The notes under the pieces were generated by a model. The model ran no database searches. It saw nothing but the letters and a program-made list of their open reading frames with translations, and had not been told where the DNA came from. A stretch of DNA of 64,000 nt, from NCBI GenBank assembly GCA_963555825.3, contig CAUVXB020000001.1:608001-672000 (forward strand), given 5' to 3'. Each line of letters starts with the position of its first letter. The first letter of the stretch is position 1. Positions 32,240 through 43,054 of the stretch are shown here, piece by piece. Made by a program: the position numbers and the translations under genes. This DNA is from Alphaproteobacteria bacterium (GTDB taxonomy: Bacteria; Pseudomonadota; Alphaproteobacteria; JAAXGF01).

Positions 32240-32724
32240 GCTTCGACATCCGCGACATGAGGAACGCCGACGGCGCGGCGCTGATCGCGCTGATGGAGCG
32301 TTGCTGGGCCGACTATCCGGGCTGCGTGCTCGACGTCGAGGGCGATTCGCCCGAGCTGTGGACGCCGGCAAGCTACTTCGCCGGCCTCGACGGGCGCGGC
32401 TGGGTCGCCGAGCGCGATAGCGTGATTGTCGCCTCGATCGGTGTCGCACCCGGCTCCGGACCGGGCATCGGCGAGTTGCACCGGCTCTATGTCGACCATT
32501 CGGCGCGCCGTCAGGGCCTCGCCAAGCGGCTCGTCGCCCTGGTCGAGGACGAGGCGAGGGGCTGGGACGCCCATACCATGGAGCTCTGGAGCGACGTGCG
32601 CTTCACGTTCTCGCACCGGCTCTATGAGCGCCAGGGCTTCACCCGCCAACCCGGCACGCGCGAACTCGACGACGCCAGCAAGAGCGTCGAGTCCCGCTTC
32701 GTGAAGTCGCTCGGCGGCCCATGA
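32236..32724 (+). CDS. GNAT family N-acetyltransferase
   Basis: ELHRLYV...RRQGLA, LWSD.RF...HRLY; GTGA-coupled to mgtE. Confidence 0.88.
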   Translation: MSFDIRDMRNADGAALIALMERCWADYPGCVLDVEGDSPELWTPASYFAGLDGRGWVAERDSVIVASIGVAPGSGPGIGELHRLYVDHSARRQGLAKRLVALVEDEARGWDAHTMELWSDVRFTFSHRLYERQGFTRQPGTRELDDASKSVESRFVKSLGGP

Positions 32725-33206
32725 CCGCGCCGACCTACGAGCCGAAGAACCCGGCCTTTGCCGAACAGGTGCGCTCGAGCTTCGAACGCCAGCCGTTCAT
32801 GACGCTGATCGGCGCCGAGCTGACCGAGATCGCGCCGGGCCGATGCGAAATCCAGCTGCCGTACCGTCCCGACCTGGCCCAGCAACACGGCTTCATTCAC
32901 GGCGGCGCGCTGGGCGGCGTCATCGATTCGGCGATGGGCTATGCTGGTTATTCACTGGCGCCGGCGGGCGCCTCGGTGCTGACCGTCGAGTACAAGATCA
33001 ACCTGGTCGCCCCGGCCGACGGCGAGCGCATCATCGCGCGCGGTCGCGTGGTGCGCGCCGGGCGCACGCTGACGGTGACGCGCGGCGACGCCTACGCGCT
33101 CAAGGCGGGCGTCGAGACGCTCTGCGCCACCGCCCAGCAGACCTTGATGATCCTCGCCGACACGCCCGACGGGTGTGGGTCTGGTATGGAAAATCTAAGT
33201 CATTGA
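32721..33206 (+). CDS. PaaI-family thioesterase; last codons replaced by IS sequence
   Basis: QQHGFIHGG...DSA.GYA...TVEYKINL; the original end DTPDRPR-stop resumes after the IS at 34834. Confidence 0.9.
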   Translation: MTAPTYEPKNPAFAEQVRSSFERQPFMTLIGAELTEIAPGRCEIQLPYRPDLAQQHGFIHGGALGGVIDSAMGYAGYSLAPAGASVLTVEYKINLVAPADGERIIARGRVVRAGRTLTVTRGDAYALKAGVETLCATAQQTLMILADTPDGCGSGMENLSH

Positions 33207-34825
33207 TTTAGTGCGTTTTTTGTGTCGAGACGAACGGCCGAAATCGGCTATTCGTGACAATGGGCCGCTCCAAGGCAGGATTTTGTTACGACGGCAGGGT
33301 CGAGCAGGGGAAGGTGGGAACGCTCCGCACCGCCAGAAGCGGTACGATGCCGTGTCTCGAAACCCAACATCGGGAGCATTCCCATGGCAGTATCCCCGCC
33401 TCCGGCGCCTTCGTCCATCGATCTTTCCGGCCTGCCTCCTCGGGTCGTCGAGGCGGCCGCCCGGGTGCTCGCACTGTGTCGCGAGGAGCTTCGTTCCGAG
33501 CCGCGCCCCGAGGCGCCCGAGGAGGTCGAGTTGCGGGTGCGTGAGGCCACGAACGAGTTCGCTCGCGATGTCATGGGCGCCGTCATCGAGAACCGGGACG
33601 ATGGCGCTTCCCGGATCGAGCGGGACGGGCAGAGCTGGTTCCGGGTCGCGGTGACGCCGAAGACGATCATGACCTCGCTCGGTCCGGTGACCTACCGGCG
33701 AGCGCGTTACCGCAGCGGCGCGAGCGGGGCATCGCCGGTGCCGGTCGACGAGAGCCTGGGCCTCGTCGACGATTACCTGACGCGGCCGGCGGCCGAGCTC
33801 GGTCTGCTGATGATGGGTCACTGCACGGCCCGGGAAGCGGCGGCGTTCTTTGCGAAGACCGGCGCCATGACGCCGTCGGTGAGCACCCTGCAGCGCCTGA
33901 CCCTGAGCATGCACGAATGCTGGGAGAGCCTCGGCCCGGAGACGCTGGGCAGCATCCGTGAGGCCGAGGGCATACCCGCAGGACGCGACCACCGCCTCGG
34001 TCTCCCTCGACGGCGTCATGGTGCCGCTGAGACCCGGCGAGGACGGTCGCGCCAAGGCCTCCTGGCGCGAGGCTGCCTGCGGCACGGTCTCCTTCCACGA
34101 CGCCGAGGGCAAGCGCCTGAAGACCCTCTATCTCGGCCGCATGCCGGAGAGCGGCAAGCTCACGCTGAAGGCGCAGCTTGCAAGCGAAGTCGCACACATC
34201 AGGCGAGCACGCCCCGAGATCGGGATCGTCGCTATCGCCGATGGCGCCGCCGACAACTGGACCTTCCTGGAGACCCTGTCGCCCGAAACCGAGGTGATCG
34301 ACTTCTGGCATGCTTGCGAACATCTGCAAACCGCGTCCGACCATGCCGTGGCGCCCGGCTGGTTCGAGAAGTACCGCGAGATCCTCCGTCACGATCCCCG
34401 TGGCGTCGCCAAGGTGATCCGGGCGCTGCGCCACCTTCGCGATGCCGCCGCTGCGCCGGACCGGGCCGAGACCGAGCGGGAACTCGCCTTCTTCCGCAAG
34501 CATCGCCATCGCATGCGCTACCACGCCCTGAAGGAAGAGGGCATCGCCATCGGCTCAGGCGTGGTCGAAGCTGCCAACAAGACCCTGGTGACACAGCGCA
34601 TGAAGCGCTCCGGCATGCGCTGGCGGATCGTCGGCGGACAGGCTGTTCTGACCTTCCGCGCCCTGATCAAATCCGGCCGCTTCGAGCGGGCATGGAAGGC
34701 CCTGATCAGCGCAACCGACACACCGGCCAACGACAACATCAGTCCACGTGCAGCAGCCATGGCAATCGCTGCCTGAACTCAACGAACCAAGCCGCAGACA
34801 TCACTGCCATGCGAGACTCGCACCC
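33171..34825 (+). mobile_element. ISKra4/ISLre2-like (Mutator-type DDE) element
   Basis: TIR GGGTGTGGGTCTGGTATGG versus GGGTGCGAGTCTCGCATGG; 8-bp target duplication CGCCCGAC (33163-33170, 34826-34833). Confidence 0.88.
33384..34776 (+). pseudogene. Transposase with +1 frameshift
   Basis: T.LG.V.Y.R N-terminus; extra C at ~33975-33977; then SLDG, ADGA..NW, IDFWHA.EH, IGSG.VEAA.K, RMK..GMRW. Confidence 0.85.
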
Positions 34826-34884
34826 CGCCCGACAGGCCGCGCTGAGCGCTGGCTGTTAACGGGTGCGGGGCCTATAGTGCGCCG

Positions 34885-36057
34885 ATGATTCCGAACCAGC
34901 CGCCGATGCTCGATTTCGGGCTCGGCGAGACCGCCGACATGATCCGCGATACGGTCGCCGGCTTCACCGCCGACGAGATCGCGCCGCGTGCCGACGAGAT
35001 CGACCGCACCAACGAGTTTCCGCGCGATCTCTGGCCCCGGCTCGGCGAACTGGGCTTGCTCGGCGTCACCGTCGAGGAGGCGTGGGGCGGCGCCGGTCTC
35101 GGCTACCTCGAGCATGTCGTCGCGATGGAGGAGATCAGCCGCGGCTCGGCCTCGGTGGGCTTAAGCTACGGCGCGCATTCCAACCTCTGCGTCAACCAGC
35201 TCCGCCGCACCGGCTCGGACGCCCAGAAGCGCAAGTACCTGCCGGCGCTGATCTCGGGCGAGCACGTCGGCGCGCTGGCGATGAGCGAAACGGGCGCCGG
35301 CTCCGACGTCGTCGGCATGCGCACGAGCGCCGAGAAACGCGGCGACGTGTACGTCCTCAACGGCTCGAAGATGTGGATCACCAACGGCCCCGACGCCGAG
35401 GTGCTGGTCGTCTACGCCAAGACCGACCCGGACGCGGGGCCGCGCGGCATCACCGCGTTCATCATCGAAAAGGGCATGGCCGGCTTCTCGACCGCCCCCA
35501 AGATCGACAAGCTCGGCATGCGCGGCTCGAACACCTGCGAGCTGATCTTCGAGGACTGCGCGGTGCCGGCCGAGAACGTGCTCGGCGAGGTCGGCAAGGG
35601 CGTCGGCGTGCTGATGAGCGGCCTCGACTACGAGCGTGTCGTGCTCGCCGCCGGCCCCCTGGGCGTGATGCAGAGCTGCATGGACCTGATCGTGCCCTAT
35701 TTGCACGAGCGCAAGCAGTTCGGCAAGCCGATCGGCGAGTTCCAGCTCATGCAGGGCAAGCTCGCCGATATGTACACGACGATGAATGCCGCGCGCGCCT
35801 ACGTCTACGCCGTGGCCAAGGCGTGCGACCGCGGCGCGACGGCGCGCAAGGACGCGGCGGGTGCGATCCTCTACGCCGCCGAGAAGGCGACCTGGATGGC
35901 GCTCGAGGCGATCCAGTGCCTGGGCGCCATGGGCTATATGAACGAGATGCCTGCCGGCCGTCTGCTGCGCGACGCCAAGCTCTACGAGATCGGCGCCGGC
36001 ACCTCGGAAATCCGCCGCATGCTGATCGGCCGCGAGCTGTTCGAGGAGACGGCATGA
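34885..36057 (+). CDS. ivd: Isovaleryl-CoA dehydrogenase
   Basis: [39 protein letters not shown]; liu genes nearby. Confidence 0.95.
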   Translation: MIPNQPPMLDFGLGETADMIRDTVAGFTADEIAPRADEIDRTNEFPRDLWPRLGELGLLGVTVEEAWGGAGLGYLEHVVAMEEISRGSASVGLSYGAHSNLCVNQLRRTGSDAQKRKYLPALISGEHVGALAMSETGAGSDVVGMRTSAEKRGDVYVLNGSKMWITNGPDAEVLVVYAKTDPDAGPRGITAFIIEKGMAGFSTAPKIDKLGMRGSNTCELIFEDCAVPAENVLGEVGKGVGVLMSGLDYERVVLAAGPLGVMQSCMDLIVPYLHERKQFGKPIGEFQLMQGKLADMYTTMNAARAYVYAVAKACDRGATARKDAAGAILYAAEKATWMALEAIQCLGAMGYMNEMPAGRLLRDAKLYEIGAGTSEIRRMLIGRELFEETA

Positions 36058-36064
36058 GAAGTGA

Positions 36065-36159
36065 ACCACAGAGACACAGAGACACAGAGGGATTCAAAGC
36101 GCCCTTCGGGCCCAAAATATCTTGTTTTAGATTTCTCTGTGTCTCTGTGCCTCTGTGGT
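36065..36159. repeat. REP-like palindrome built from 8-bp CACAGAGA units
   Basis: ACCACAGAGACACAGAGACACAGAG ... CTCTGTGTCTCTGTGCCTCTGTGGT around an AT-rich loop. Confidence 0.85.
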
Positions 36160-36547
36160 GAACCGACGGACGGCTGCGACCACGCGGCTTGTAATTTTGT
36201 TGCTCGTCGGCCTCGCGGCCGCGCCCGCGGCGGCCGAGATGACCGGTGCCGAGATCGAGGCCGCGTTGGCGGGCAACACGACCGACGGGGTGTGGGGCGC
36301 GGCGTTGACGCCCTATCGCCAGTATTTCGGCATCGAAGGCGGCACGATCTATGTCGAGAAGGGTGACCAGCCGAGCGAGGGCCGCTGGTGGACGACCGAC
36401 GACGCCTACTGCTCGACCTGGGGGCCGTTCTCGACGCCGAGCTGCTACCGGGTGCGCCGCGAGGGCGAGACGCTGCTGTGGGTCGCACCGGGCAGTGGCA
36501 AGAGCTATCCCTCGACCGTGCTGCCCGGCCGGCAGCTCGTGCCGTAG
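36158..36547 (+). CDS. Exported hypothetical protein (DUF995-like)
   Basis: Signal peptide; EIEAALAGNT, GRW....YC..W, CY. Confidence 0.7.
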   Translation: MNRRTAATTRLVILLLVGLAAAPAAAEMTGAEIEAALAGNTTDGVWGAALTPYRQYFGIEGGTIYVEKGDQPSEGRWWTTDDAYCSTWGPFSTPSCYRVRREGETLLWVAPGSGKSYPSTVLPGRQLVP

Positions 36548-36557
36548 GCGGCCCGCG

Positions 36558-37106
36558 ATGAGCAGCGGCGAATTCCACCTCAACTATTCGCGCGACGAGG
36601 ACCGCGTCTACGTCTTCGTGCGCGACGACGAGGGCGTCGAGCATGCCTTCGCGCTGACCCGGCATCTGTTCAAGAACCTCTGGCCGGCGCTCGGCAAGAC
36701 GGTCCAGGCGATGTGCGAGGCGGCCCAGCGTTCGCCCGCGGCGATGATCGGCGAGGTGTTGTCGATGATGCGCGAAAACGCGGTGAGCCAGGCGCGCGAG
36801 TCGGGCGCGCTGTCGAACAAGAAGCTGCCATCGGCAGAGAGCCGCGTCGTCTACCTGACCCGCAAGGTGCAGATCGCCGACGGGCCGAAGGGCGGCAAGC
36901 TGCTGATCATGACCGACGGCGAGAAGCGTATCCAGATCCCGATGAATTTCGAGCGCCTCATCGTCTTCTGCGACGCGCTCAAGACGATCGTCGAAAAGAC
37001 CACCTGGGACCTCAAGCTGGCCTATCCGTGGGAGATCGTGGCACAACGGAAACCCGGCGCGGCCGCCGCCAGCAAGCCGAGCAACGAGCCACCGACGCAG
37101 CACTGA
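36558..37106 (+). CDS. Hypothetical protein
   Basis: Strong GC3 coding bias; Y..EDR...LTR pattern; function not recognised. Confidence 0.7.
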   Translation: MSSGEFHLNYSRDEDRVYVFVRDDEGVEHAFALTRHLFKNLWPALGKTVQAMCEAAQRSPAAMIGEVLSMMRENAVSQARESGALSNKKLPSAESRVVYLTRKVQIADGPKGGKLLIMTDGEKRIQIPMNFERLIVFCDALKTIVEKTTWDLKLAYPWEIVAQRKPGAAAASKPSNEPPTQH

Positions 37107-37136
37107 TCACGACCGGATCGCAAGGAGAACACGATC

Positions 37137-38327
37137 ATGAGCATGAGTGATCCCATCGTCATCGCGGGCGCCGCGCGCACCCCGATGGGCGGCTTTCAGG
37201 GCGATCTGAAGGACGCGCCCGCGCCCCAACTCGGCGCCGTCGCGATCGAGGCGGCGCTCGCTCGCGCCGCAGTCGACGGCGTGGACGTCGACGAGGTGGT
37301 GATGGGCTGCGTGCTGCCCGCCGGCATGGGCCAGGCGCCGGCGCGCCAAGCGAGCCTCGGCGCCGGCGTGCCGCAATCGGTCGGCTGCACGACGGTCAAC
37401 AAGATGTGCGGCTCGGGCATGAAGGCGACCATGATCGGCCACGACGCCATCGCCGCGGGCTCGGCGGAAATCGCCGTCGTCGGCGGTTTGGAGAGCATGT
37501 CGAACACGCCCTATCTGCTGGATCGCGCGCGCTCGGGTTATCGCATGGGCCACGGCCGGGTGCTCGACCACATGTTCATCGACGGCCTCGAGGACGCCTA
37601 CGACAAGGGCCGCCTGATGGGCAGCTACGCCGAGGACACCGCCGAGCGTTACCAGTTCACCCGCGAGGCCCAGGACGGTTTCGCCATCGCCTCGCTGACG
37701 CGCGCCAAGGCGGCGATCGATGACGGAAGTTTCGCCGCCGAGGTCGCCCCGGTCACCGTTGTGACGCGCAAGGGCGAGAGCCTGGTCGAGCGCGACGAGC
37801 AGCCGCACAAGGCCGATCACGACAAGATTCCCCGGCTCAAGCCGGCGTTCCGCGAGGGCGGCACGGTGACGCCGGCCAACTCGAGCTCGATCTCGGACGG
37901 CGCCGCCGCGCTGGTGCTGATGCGCGCGAGCGAGGCCGAGCGGCGCGGCGTCACGCCGCTGGCGCGCATCGTCGGCCACGCGAGCCACGCCCAGGCGCCG
38001 GCCTGGTTCACCACGGCGCCGATCGGCGCGATCCAGACGCTGTTCACCAAGACCGGCTGGCGGGCGGGTGACGTCGGGCTCTACGAGATCAACGAGGCCT
38101 TCGCGGTGGTCACCATGGCGGCGATGTGCGACCTCGACCTTGCGCACGATATCGTCAACGTCCACGGCGGCGCCTGCGCGCTCGGCCACCCGGTCGGCGC
38201 TTCGGGCGCGCGCATCGTCGTGACGCTCTTGGCGGCGATGGAGAAGTACGACGTCGACAAAGGCGTCGCCGCGCTCTGCATCGGTGGCGGCGAGGCCACG
38301 GCGATTGCGGTCGAGCGCCTGTCATGA
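37137..38327 (+). CDS. Acetyl-CoA C-acyltransferase (thiolase)
   Basis: [32 protein letters not shown]. Confidence 0.96.
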   Translation: MSMSDPIVIAGAARTPMGGFQGDLKDAPAPQLGAVAIEAALARAAVDGVDVDEVVMGCVLPAGMGQAPARQASLGAGVPQSVGCTTVNKMCGSGMKATMIGHDAIAAGSAEIAVVGGLESMSNTPYLLDRARSGYRMGHGRVLDHMFIDGLEDAYDKGRLMGSYAEDTAERYQFTREAQDGFAIASLTRAKAAIDDGSFAAEVAPVTVVTRKGESLVERDEQPHKADHDKIPRLKPAFREGGTVTPANSSSISDGAAALVLMRASEAERRGVTPLARIVGHASHAQAPAWFTTAPIGAIQTLFTKTGWRAGDVGLYEINEAFAVVTMAAMCDLDLAHDIVNVHGGACALGHPVGASGARIVVTLLAAMEKYDVDKGVAALCIGGGEATAIAVERLS

Positions 38328-38716
38328 CCGGCCGTAAGCTGATTTCCTCGGGCTCGAAGTTCGAGAAGCTGGCGGGCTATTCGCGGGCCGTGATCGACGG
38401 CGAATGGGTCTTCGTCTCGGGCTCGACCGGCATGGACTACGCCGCCGGCACGATCTCCGACGACGTCGCCGAGCAGACCCACCAGACCTTCCGCAACATC
38501 AACGCCGCGCTCGCCGAGGCCGGCGCCACGCTCGCCGACGTCGTGCGCGTGCGCGTTTTCGTCGACCAGCGCGGCGACTTCGAGATCGTCGCGCCAATCC
38601 TTGGCGAGTATTTCGGCGAAATCCGGCCGGCCAACACCACGGCGGTGGCACCGCTGGTCGACGCGCGCATGAAGGTCGAGATCGAGGTTACCGCGCGCAA
38701 ACGGGGCGGTGTCTGA
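38324..38716 (+). CDS. RidA family protein
   Basis: GYSRAV, VSGSTG, RPA.T, VEIEVTA; ATGA-coupled. Confidence 0.92.
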   Translation: MTGRKLISSGSKFEKLAGYSRAVIDGEWVFVSGSTGMDYAAGTISDDVAEQTHQTFRNINAALAEAGATLADVVRVRVFVDQRGDFEIVAPILGEYFGEIRPANTTAVAPLVDARMKVEIEVTARKRGGV

Positions 38717-38722
38717 CCGGCC

Positions 38723-39922
38723 ATGAGCGTACCGAACATGCGTTGGAACGTCGGGCTTCTGTCCGGCTGCTGGGGGCTGGTCACGACCTGCAACCTGATC
38801 CTGGTCACGATCTCGGCCCTGGTCGGCTACCAACTCGCCGAGGACAAGGCGCTCGCGACCCTGCCGGCCGCCCTGATGTGGTTCGGCACCGCGCTGGCGA
38901 CGACGCCGGCCTCGTTCCTGATGCAACGCATTGGGCGCCGCGCCGGTTTCATGATCGCCGCGGCGATCGGCGCGATCGGTGCGCTGGTCGCGGCGCTGGC
39001 GGTCGTGTGGGGCAGTTTTGCGTTGCTCTGCGTCGGCGTTGGGACATTCGGCGGCTTCAACGCCTTCAACTATTACTACCGCTTCGCCGCCGCCGAATCG
39101 GCTACCGACGCCTTCCGCAGCCGGGCGATCTCGCTGGTCCTCGCGGGCGGCGTCGTCTCGGCGATCATCGGGCCCGAGCTCGCCAAATGGTCGCGCGAAT
39201 TAATCGACGGCTACGAGTACGTCGGCTCGTTCGGCGTCATCATCGGTTTCGCCACCATTGCCTTCTTCGCCATCTCGCGCCTCGACATGCCGCGCCCGGC
39301 CGCGGTGGCGCTGCGCGGCGGGCGCGCCTTGCGCGTGATCGCCCGGCAGCCAACCTACCTCGTCGCGGTATCGGGCGGCGTCATCGCCTATGGCGTGATG
39401 GCGCTGATGATGACGATCACCGCGGTCGCCATGGCCGGCGCCCACCACCCCTTCGAAGACGCCGCCTTCGTCATCCAATGGCATGTGCTGGGCATGTTCG
39501 TGCCATCGTTCTTCACCGGCCATCTGATCGGTCGCTTCGGCGTGCTCAACGTGATGATCTGGGGCGCCGTCTTGCTCCTGGTCTGTCTCGGTGTCGGCTA
39601 TGCCGGCTTGGCCGTCACGCATTTCTGGGTCGCCTTGACCCTGCTTGGCATCGGTTGGAACTTCCTGTTCGTCGGCGCGACGATGTTGCTGACCGAATGC
39701 TACACCGTGGCCGAGCGCGCCAAGGCCCAGGCGGCGAACGAATTCATGATTTTCGGCGTTGCCGGGGTCGCGACCTTCCTGTCGGGCAATCTCTATCACC
39801 ATTTTGGCTGGGATGCCCTCAACCTGCTCGCGATCATGCCGGTCCTCGCGGTGCTCGGCGCAACATTATGGCTCGCCCGCCGCCGGCGCATTGCCTACGC
39901 TATGGGTAGCGCCGCCGATTGA
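38723..39922 (+). CDS. MFS transporter
   Basis: About 12 TM segments; RIGRR, YRFAAA, HVLGMF.PSFFTG.LI.RFG. Confidence 0.92.
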   Translation: MSVPNMRWNVGLLSGCWGLVTTCNLILVTISALVGYQLAEDKALATLPAALMWFGTALATTPASFLMQRIGRRAGFMIAAAIGAIGALVAALAVVWGSFALLCVGVGTFGGFNAFNYYYRFAAAESATDAFRSRAISLVLAGGVVSAIIGPELAKWSRELIDGYEYVGSFGVIIGFATIAFFAISRLDMPRPAAVALRGGRALRVIARQPTYLVAVSGGVIAYGVMALMMTITAVAMAGAHHPFEDAAFVIQWHVLGMFVPSFFTGHLIGRFGVLNVMIWGAVLLLVCLGVGYAGLAVTHFWVALTLLGIGWNFLFVGATMLLTECYTVAERAKAQAANEFMIFGVAGVATFLSGNLYHHFGWDALNLLAIMPVLAVLGATLWLARRRRIAYAMGSAAD

Positions 39923-39936
39923 TACAAGAGGCTGAA

Positions 39937-40539
39937 ATGGCCGATCCGATCGACTTCTACTTCGACTTCTCGTCGCCCTACGGCTACTTCGCATGCCAGC
40001 GTATCGACGGCATCGCGCGCAAGCACGAGCGCGACGTCGCCTGGCATCCGTTCCTGCTGGGCGTGGTGTTCCGCGTCACCGGCCAGTCGCCGCTGCCCGA
40101 GCAGCCGATGCGCGGCGCCTACGCGCTGCATGATTTCGAGCGCTCGGCACGGCTCTATGGCGCGCCGTTCGCCATGCCGGAACAATTTCCGATTCCCGGC
40201 CAGGTACCGTCGCGCGCCTTTTACTGGCTGCACGACCGCAATCCGGCCCAGGCCAAGGACTTCGCCAAGGCGGCCTATGGCGCCTATTTCGCCAAGGGCC
40301 GCGACATCACCGACATCGGCGAGGTCGCGCGCATCGCCAAGGGTGTCGGCGCCGACGCCGAGGCACTTTCCGAGGCACTCGCCGACGACCCGATCAAGCA
40401 GCGGCTCAAGGCCGAAGTCCAGGCGGCGATCGATCGCGGCGTCTTCGGCTCGCCCTTCGTCATCGTCGACGGCGAGTCGTTCTGGGGCGCCGATCGCCTC
40501 GATCACGTCGAGGCCTGGCTCGCGACGGGCGGCTGGTAG
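39937..40539 (+). CDS. 2-hydroxychromene-2-carboxylate isomerase / kappa-GST (DsbA family)
   Basis: FYFDFSSPYGY, GVFGSPF, FWGADRL. Confidence 0.92.
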   Translation: MADPIDFYFDFSSPYGYFACQRIDGIARKHERDVAWHPFLLGVVFRVTGQSPLPEQPMRGAYALHDFERSARLYGAPFAMPEQFPIPGQVPSRAFYWLHDRNPAQAKDFAKAAYGAYFAKGRDITDIGEVARIAKGVGADAEALSEALADDPIKQRLKAEVQAAIDRGVFGSPFVIVDGESFWGADRLDHVEAWLATGGW

Positions 40540-40545
40540 GGCCGG

Positions 40546-40938
40546 CTAGGCGTCCTTCGGGTCAGCGTTCTCGGCGATCCAGCCGGCCAGCGCGTCCTCA
40601 TCGATCTCACCGGCGGCGAGCGCTATGATAACCGTATAGGCCTCCGCTTCATCAGGGGCGAAGTCATAACCGTTCAAGTCGAGGAACATGACGGCGGCAA
40701 GAATACCCGCTCGCTTATTGCCATCGACGAACGAGTGGTTGCGGACGATTCCGCTGCAATAGGCCGCCGCTAGATCGGGAACGGACGGGTTCTCCAGATA
40801 GGCGAACAGGTTGCGTGGCCGGTCGAGCGCGCTTTCGAGAAGCCCCAGGTCACGCAGTTCCGCCGTGCCACCGAATCGCGCGATCGATTCGGCATGGGCG
40901 GCCCGGACCATGGCGAGCGAAACCCATGTGGGTTCCAT
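40546..40938 (-). CDS. doc: Doc-family (Fic/Doc) toxin
   Basis: H....GG....RD..LLESA..RP and NHSFVDGNKR motif; TGATG overlap with the antitoxin stop. Confidence 0.92.
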   Translation of the reverse strand: MEPTWVSLAMVRAAHAESIARFGGTAELRDLGLLESALDRPRNLFAYLENPSVPDLAAAYCSGIVRNHSFVDGNKRAGILAAVMFLDLNGYDFAPDEAEAYTVIIALAAGEIDEDALAGWIAENADPKDA

Positions 40939-41168
40939 CAACCTTCGGCCAATTTATTCATCAAGTTCGGGTAGCGCCGCATGAAATCTTTGCCTGCCTC
41001 GACGGCTTGGTCGAACTCGGGATCGAAGCGCGTCAGCTCGATGCCGTTGGGCGTGCGCACCGCGTAGAGCAGGTCGCCTTCTGCGACGCCGAGGTCGTCG
41101 AGCACTTGGCGGGGCAGGGTGACACCGTAGGAGCCGCCCCATTTGCGGATTTTCAGCGGTCTGGTCAT
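40938..41168 (-). CDS. AbrB/MazE-family antitoxin
   Basis: KIRKWGGSYGVTLP...LGV.EGD.L, 76 aa, directly upstream of doc. Confidence 0.9.
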   Translation of the reverse strand: MTRPLKIRKWGGSYGVTLPRQVLDDLGVAEGDLLYAVRTPNGIELTRFDPEFDQAVEAGKDFMRRYPNLMNKLAEG

Positions 41169-41190
41169 GGCTGAACCTATCGAAACAAAA

Positions 41191-41209
41191 GTTATATAAA
41201 TTATATAAC
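41191..41209. promoter_or_regulatory. Probable TA operator palindrome
   Basis: Perfect GTTATATAA-A-TTATATAAC just upstream of the antitoxin ATG. Confidence 0.75.
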
Positions 41210-41501
41210 ATTTCTCGCGCGGTGGCGCAACGAAGCGCGTATAAGGGTCGTGTTGAGTTTGAAATTCAGTCGAGGCATCGCCCGGAATGTCGGCTTTTCA
41301 GCGGACCCTGTCTGCGTTGCGCGCGATGGAACAACTTGGCGCGCAGTCATCGGCACAGCCGCTATTTACCCTAAGGGGAGCAAGCTCTAATGGGACCAAG
41401 AAGGGGCTCCAGCGGCGGCGAGATCGCAGGTGACTGAGGTGGTCCCAGAAAATCGGACAGGGAGCTAAGGTGTATTCCACCGGATAACGGAGGAATACGA
41501 G

Positions 41502-41669
41502 ATGACGAATCGACGCCGGTTTACGGCGGAATTCAAGGCCCGGGTGGCGCTGGAAGCGCTGCGGGGCGACAAGACGATCCAGCAGATCGCGGCCAAGCAC
41601 AAGGTGCATCCGAACCAGGTGAGCGCCTGGAAGCGCCAGGCGGTGGACGGTCTGGGCGAAGTGTTTTCG
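41502..41669 (+). pseudogene. Truncated IS3 OrfA
   Basis: MTNRRRFTAEFKARVALEALRGDKTIQQIAAKHKVHPNQVSAWK HTH, cut by the inner IS. Confidence 0.88.
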
Positions 41670-41735
41670 TGAGTCGGACCCGATTTCCTTGGACACAGAA
41701 TTGGCTTAATCGAAGTGTCCAAGGAGGACCGGAAC

Positions 41736-42146
41736 ATGACCGACAATTTTGAGAACAAAGTTGCTGTTGATGGGCCTGTGGTAAACGAGGGCGAGCTTGG
41801 CTCGTCCACGTTTTCCCCGGGCCAGGTTTCGCCGGCAGGCCCGCTGGGACTTGGCCAGCGGTGGACGGTGACGCGCAAGCGTGAGGTTGCCCTGCGGCTT
41901 TTGCGTGGCGAGCCGGTGGAACTTTTGTCGCGGCAGTTGGGCGTGGAGATTTTCCGGCTCGAGCAGTGGCGTGAGAAGGCGATCGCCGGGATCGATGCCT
42001 CGCTCAAGGAACGCAAGGGCGATCCGGTGAAGGCGGAACTGGACATCGCCATGAAGCGGATCGGGGAGTTGATCATGCAGGTGGAACTGCTGGAGGCCAA
42101 GACGGAGACGTCCGGCCCTTTGGGGCGGCGGAGGTCGCGGCGATGA
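41736..42146 (+). CDS. IS3 OrfA
   Basis: RW...RKREV.LRLLRGE HTH; RBS AAGGAGG. Confidence 0.85.
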   Translation: MTDNFENKVAVDGPVVNEGELGSSTFSPGQVSPAGPLGLGQRWTVTRKREVALRLLRGEPVELLSRQLGVEIFRLEQWREKAIAGIDASLKERKGDPVKAELDIAMKRIGELIMQVELLEAKTETSGPLGRRRSRR

Positions 42147-43054
42147 GTGCCGCCACCTCTCCCGGCACGGGTTTGGCCTACGGCCTCCAGCGGGTCTGTG
42201 CGGCCTGGGGTTTTGCCCGTTCCTCGTTCTACGCCATGAAATCCCGGCAGCAGGCCACCGCTGAGCGCCCACCAGCAAAGCGCCGGGGACCGAAGCCCTC
42301 GATCTCGGACGAGGCTCTGCTGGTGGCCATCGAGGCCGACCTGGAGGCATCCCCCTGGGAGGGCGAGGGACACCGCAAGGTCTGGGCTCGGCTTCGGGTC
42401 TGTCGTGGCATCCGTGTTTCCCGCAAGCGGGGGCTCCGGGTGATGCGCGAGAACAACCTGCTCTCGCCCCATCGCTGCCGCCGCCGTGGCGGAAATCCCC
42501 ATGTCGGTGAGATCATCACCCATGCCCCCAACCTCATGTGGGGCACGGACGGCGTTCGGGTGTTCACGGTGGACGACGGCTGGGGCTGGATATTCACCGC
42601 CATCGAGCATTGGAACGCCGAGTGCGTCGGCTGGCATGTGTGCAAGCGAGGCGACCGCTTCGCCGCCCTTCAGCCGATCTCCATGGGGCTTGCGAGGCTG
42701 TATGCCTCGACCTCCGCCGGTGCGGCGCGGGGGCTGGCCTTGCGGATGGATCACGGCTCCCAGTATCTGTCGGACCACTTCACCAACCAGATCAAGTTCT
42801 GGGGCATCCAGCCGTCCTACGCCTTCGTCGAACAGCCCCAGACCAACGGCGTCGCCGAGAGGTTCAATCGCACGCTCAAGGAACAGATCATCCATGGCCG
42901 CATCTACCGCAACATCGCGGAGCTGCGGAACGCCGTCCGCGGGTTCGTCGAACAGTACAATGCCCAGTGGATCGTGGAGAAGAACGGCTACCTGAGCCCC
43001 GCTCAAGCTCGTCAGGCGTGGCACACCGCGATGTCACTCAGGCCCGCCGCATGA
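42143..43054 (+). CDS. IS3 OrfB (rve integrase core)
   Basis: GHRKVWARL, WGTD, DHGSQY, NG.AERF.RTLK; ATGA overlap. Confidence 0.92.
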   Translation: MSAATSPGTGLAYGLQRVCAAWGFARSSFYAMKSRQQATAERPPAKRRGPKPSISDEALLVAIEADLEASPWEGEGHRKVWARLRVCRGIRVSRKRGLRVMRENNLLSPHRCRRRGGNPHVGEIITHAPNLMWGTDGVRVFTVDDGWGWIFTAIEHWNAECVGWHVCKRGDRFAALQPISMGLARLYASTSAGAARGLALRMDHGSQYLSDHFTNQIKFWGIQPSYAFVEQPQTNGVAERFNRTLKEQIIHGRIYRNIAELRNAVRGFVEQYNAQWIVEKNGYLSPAQARQAWHTAMSLRPAA

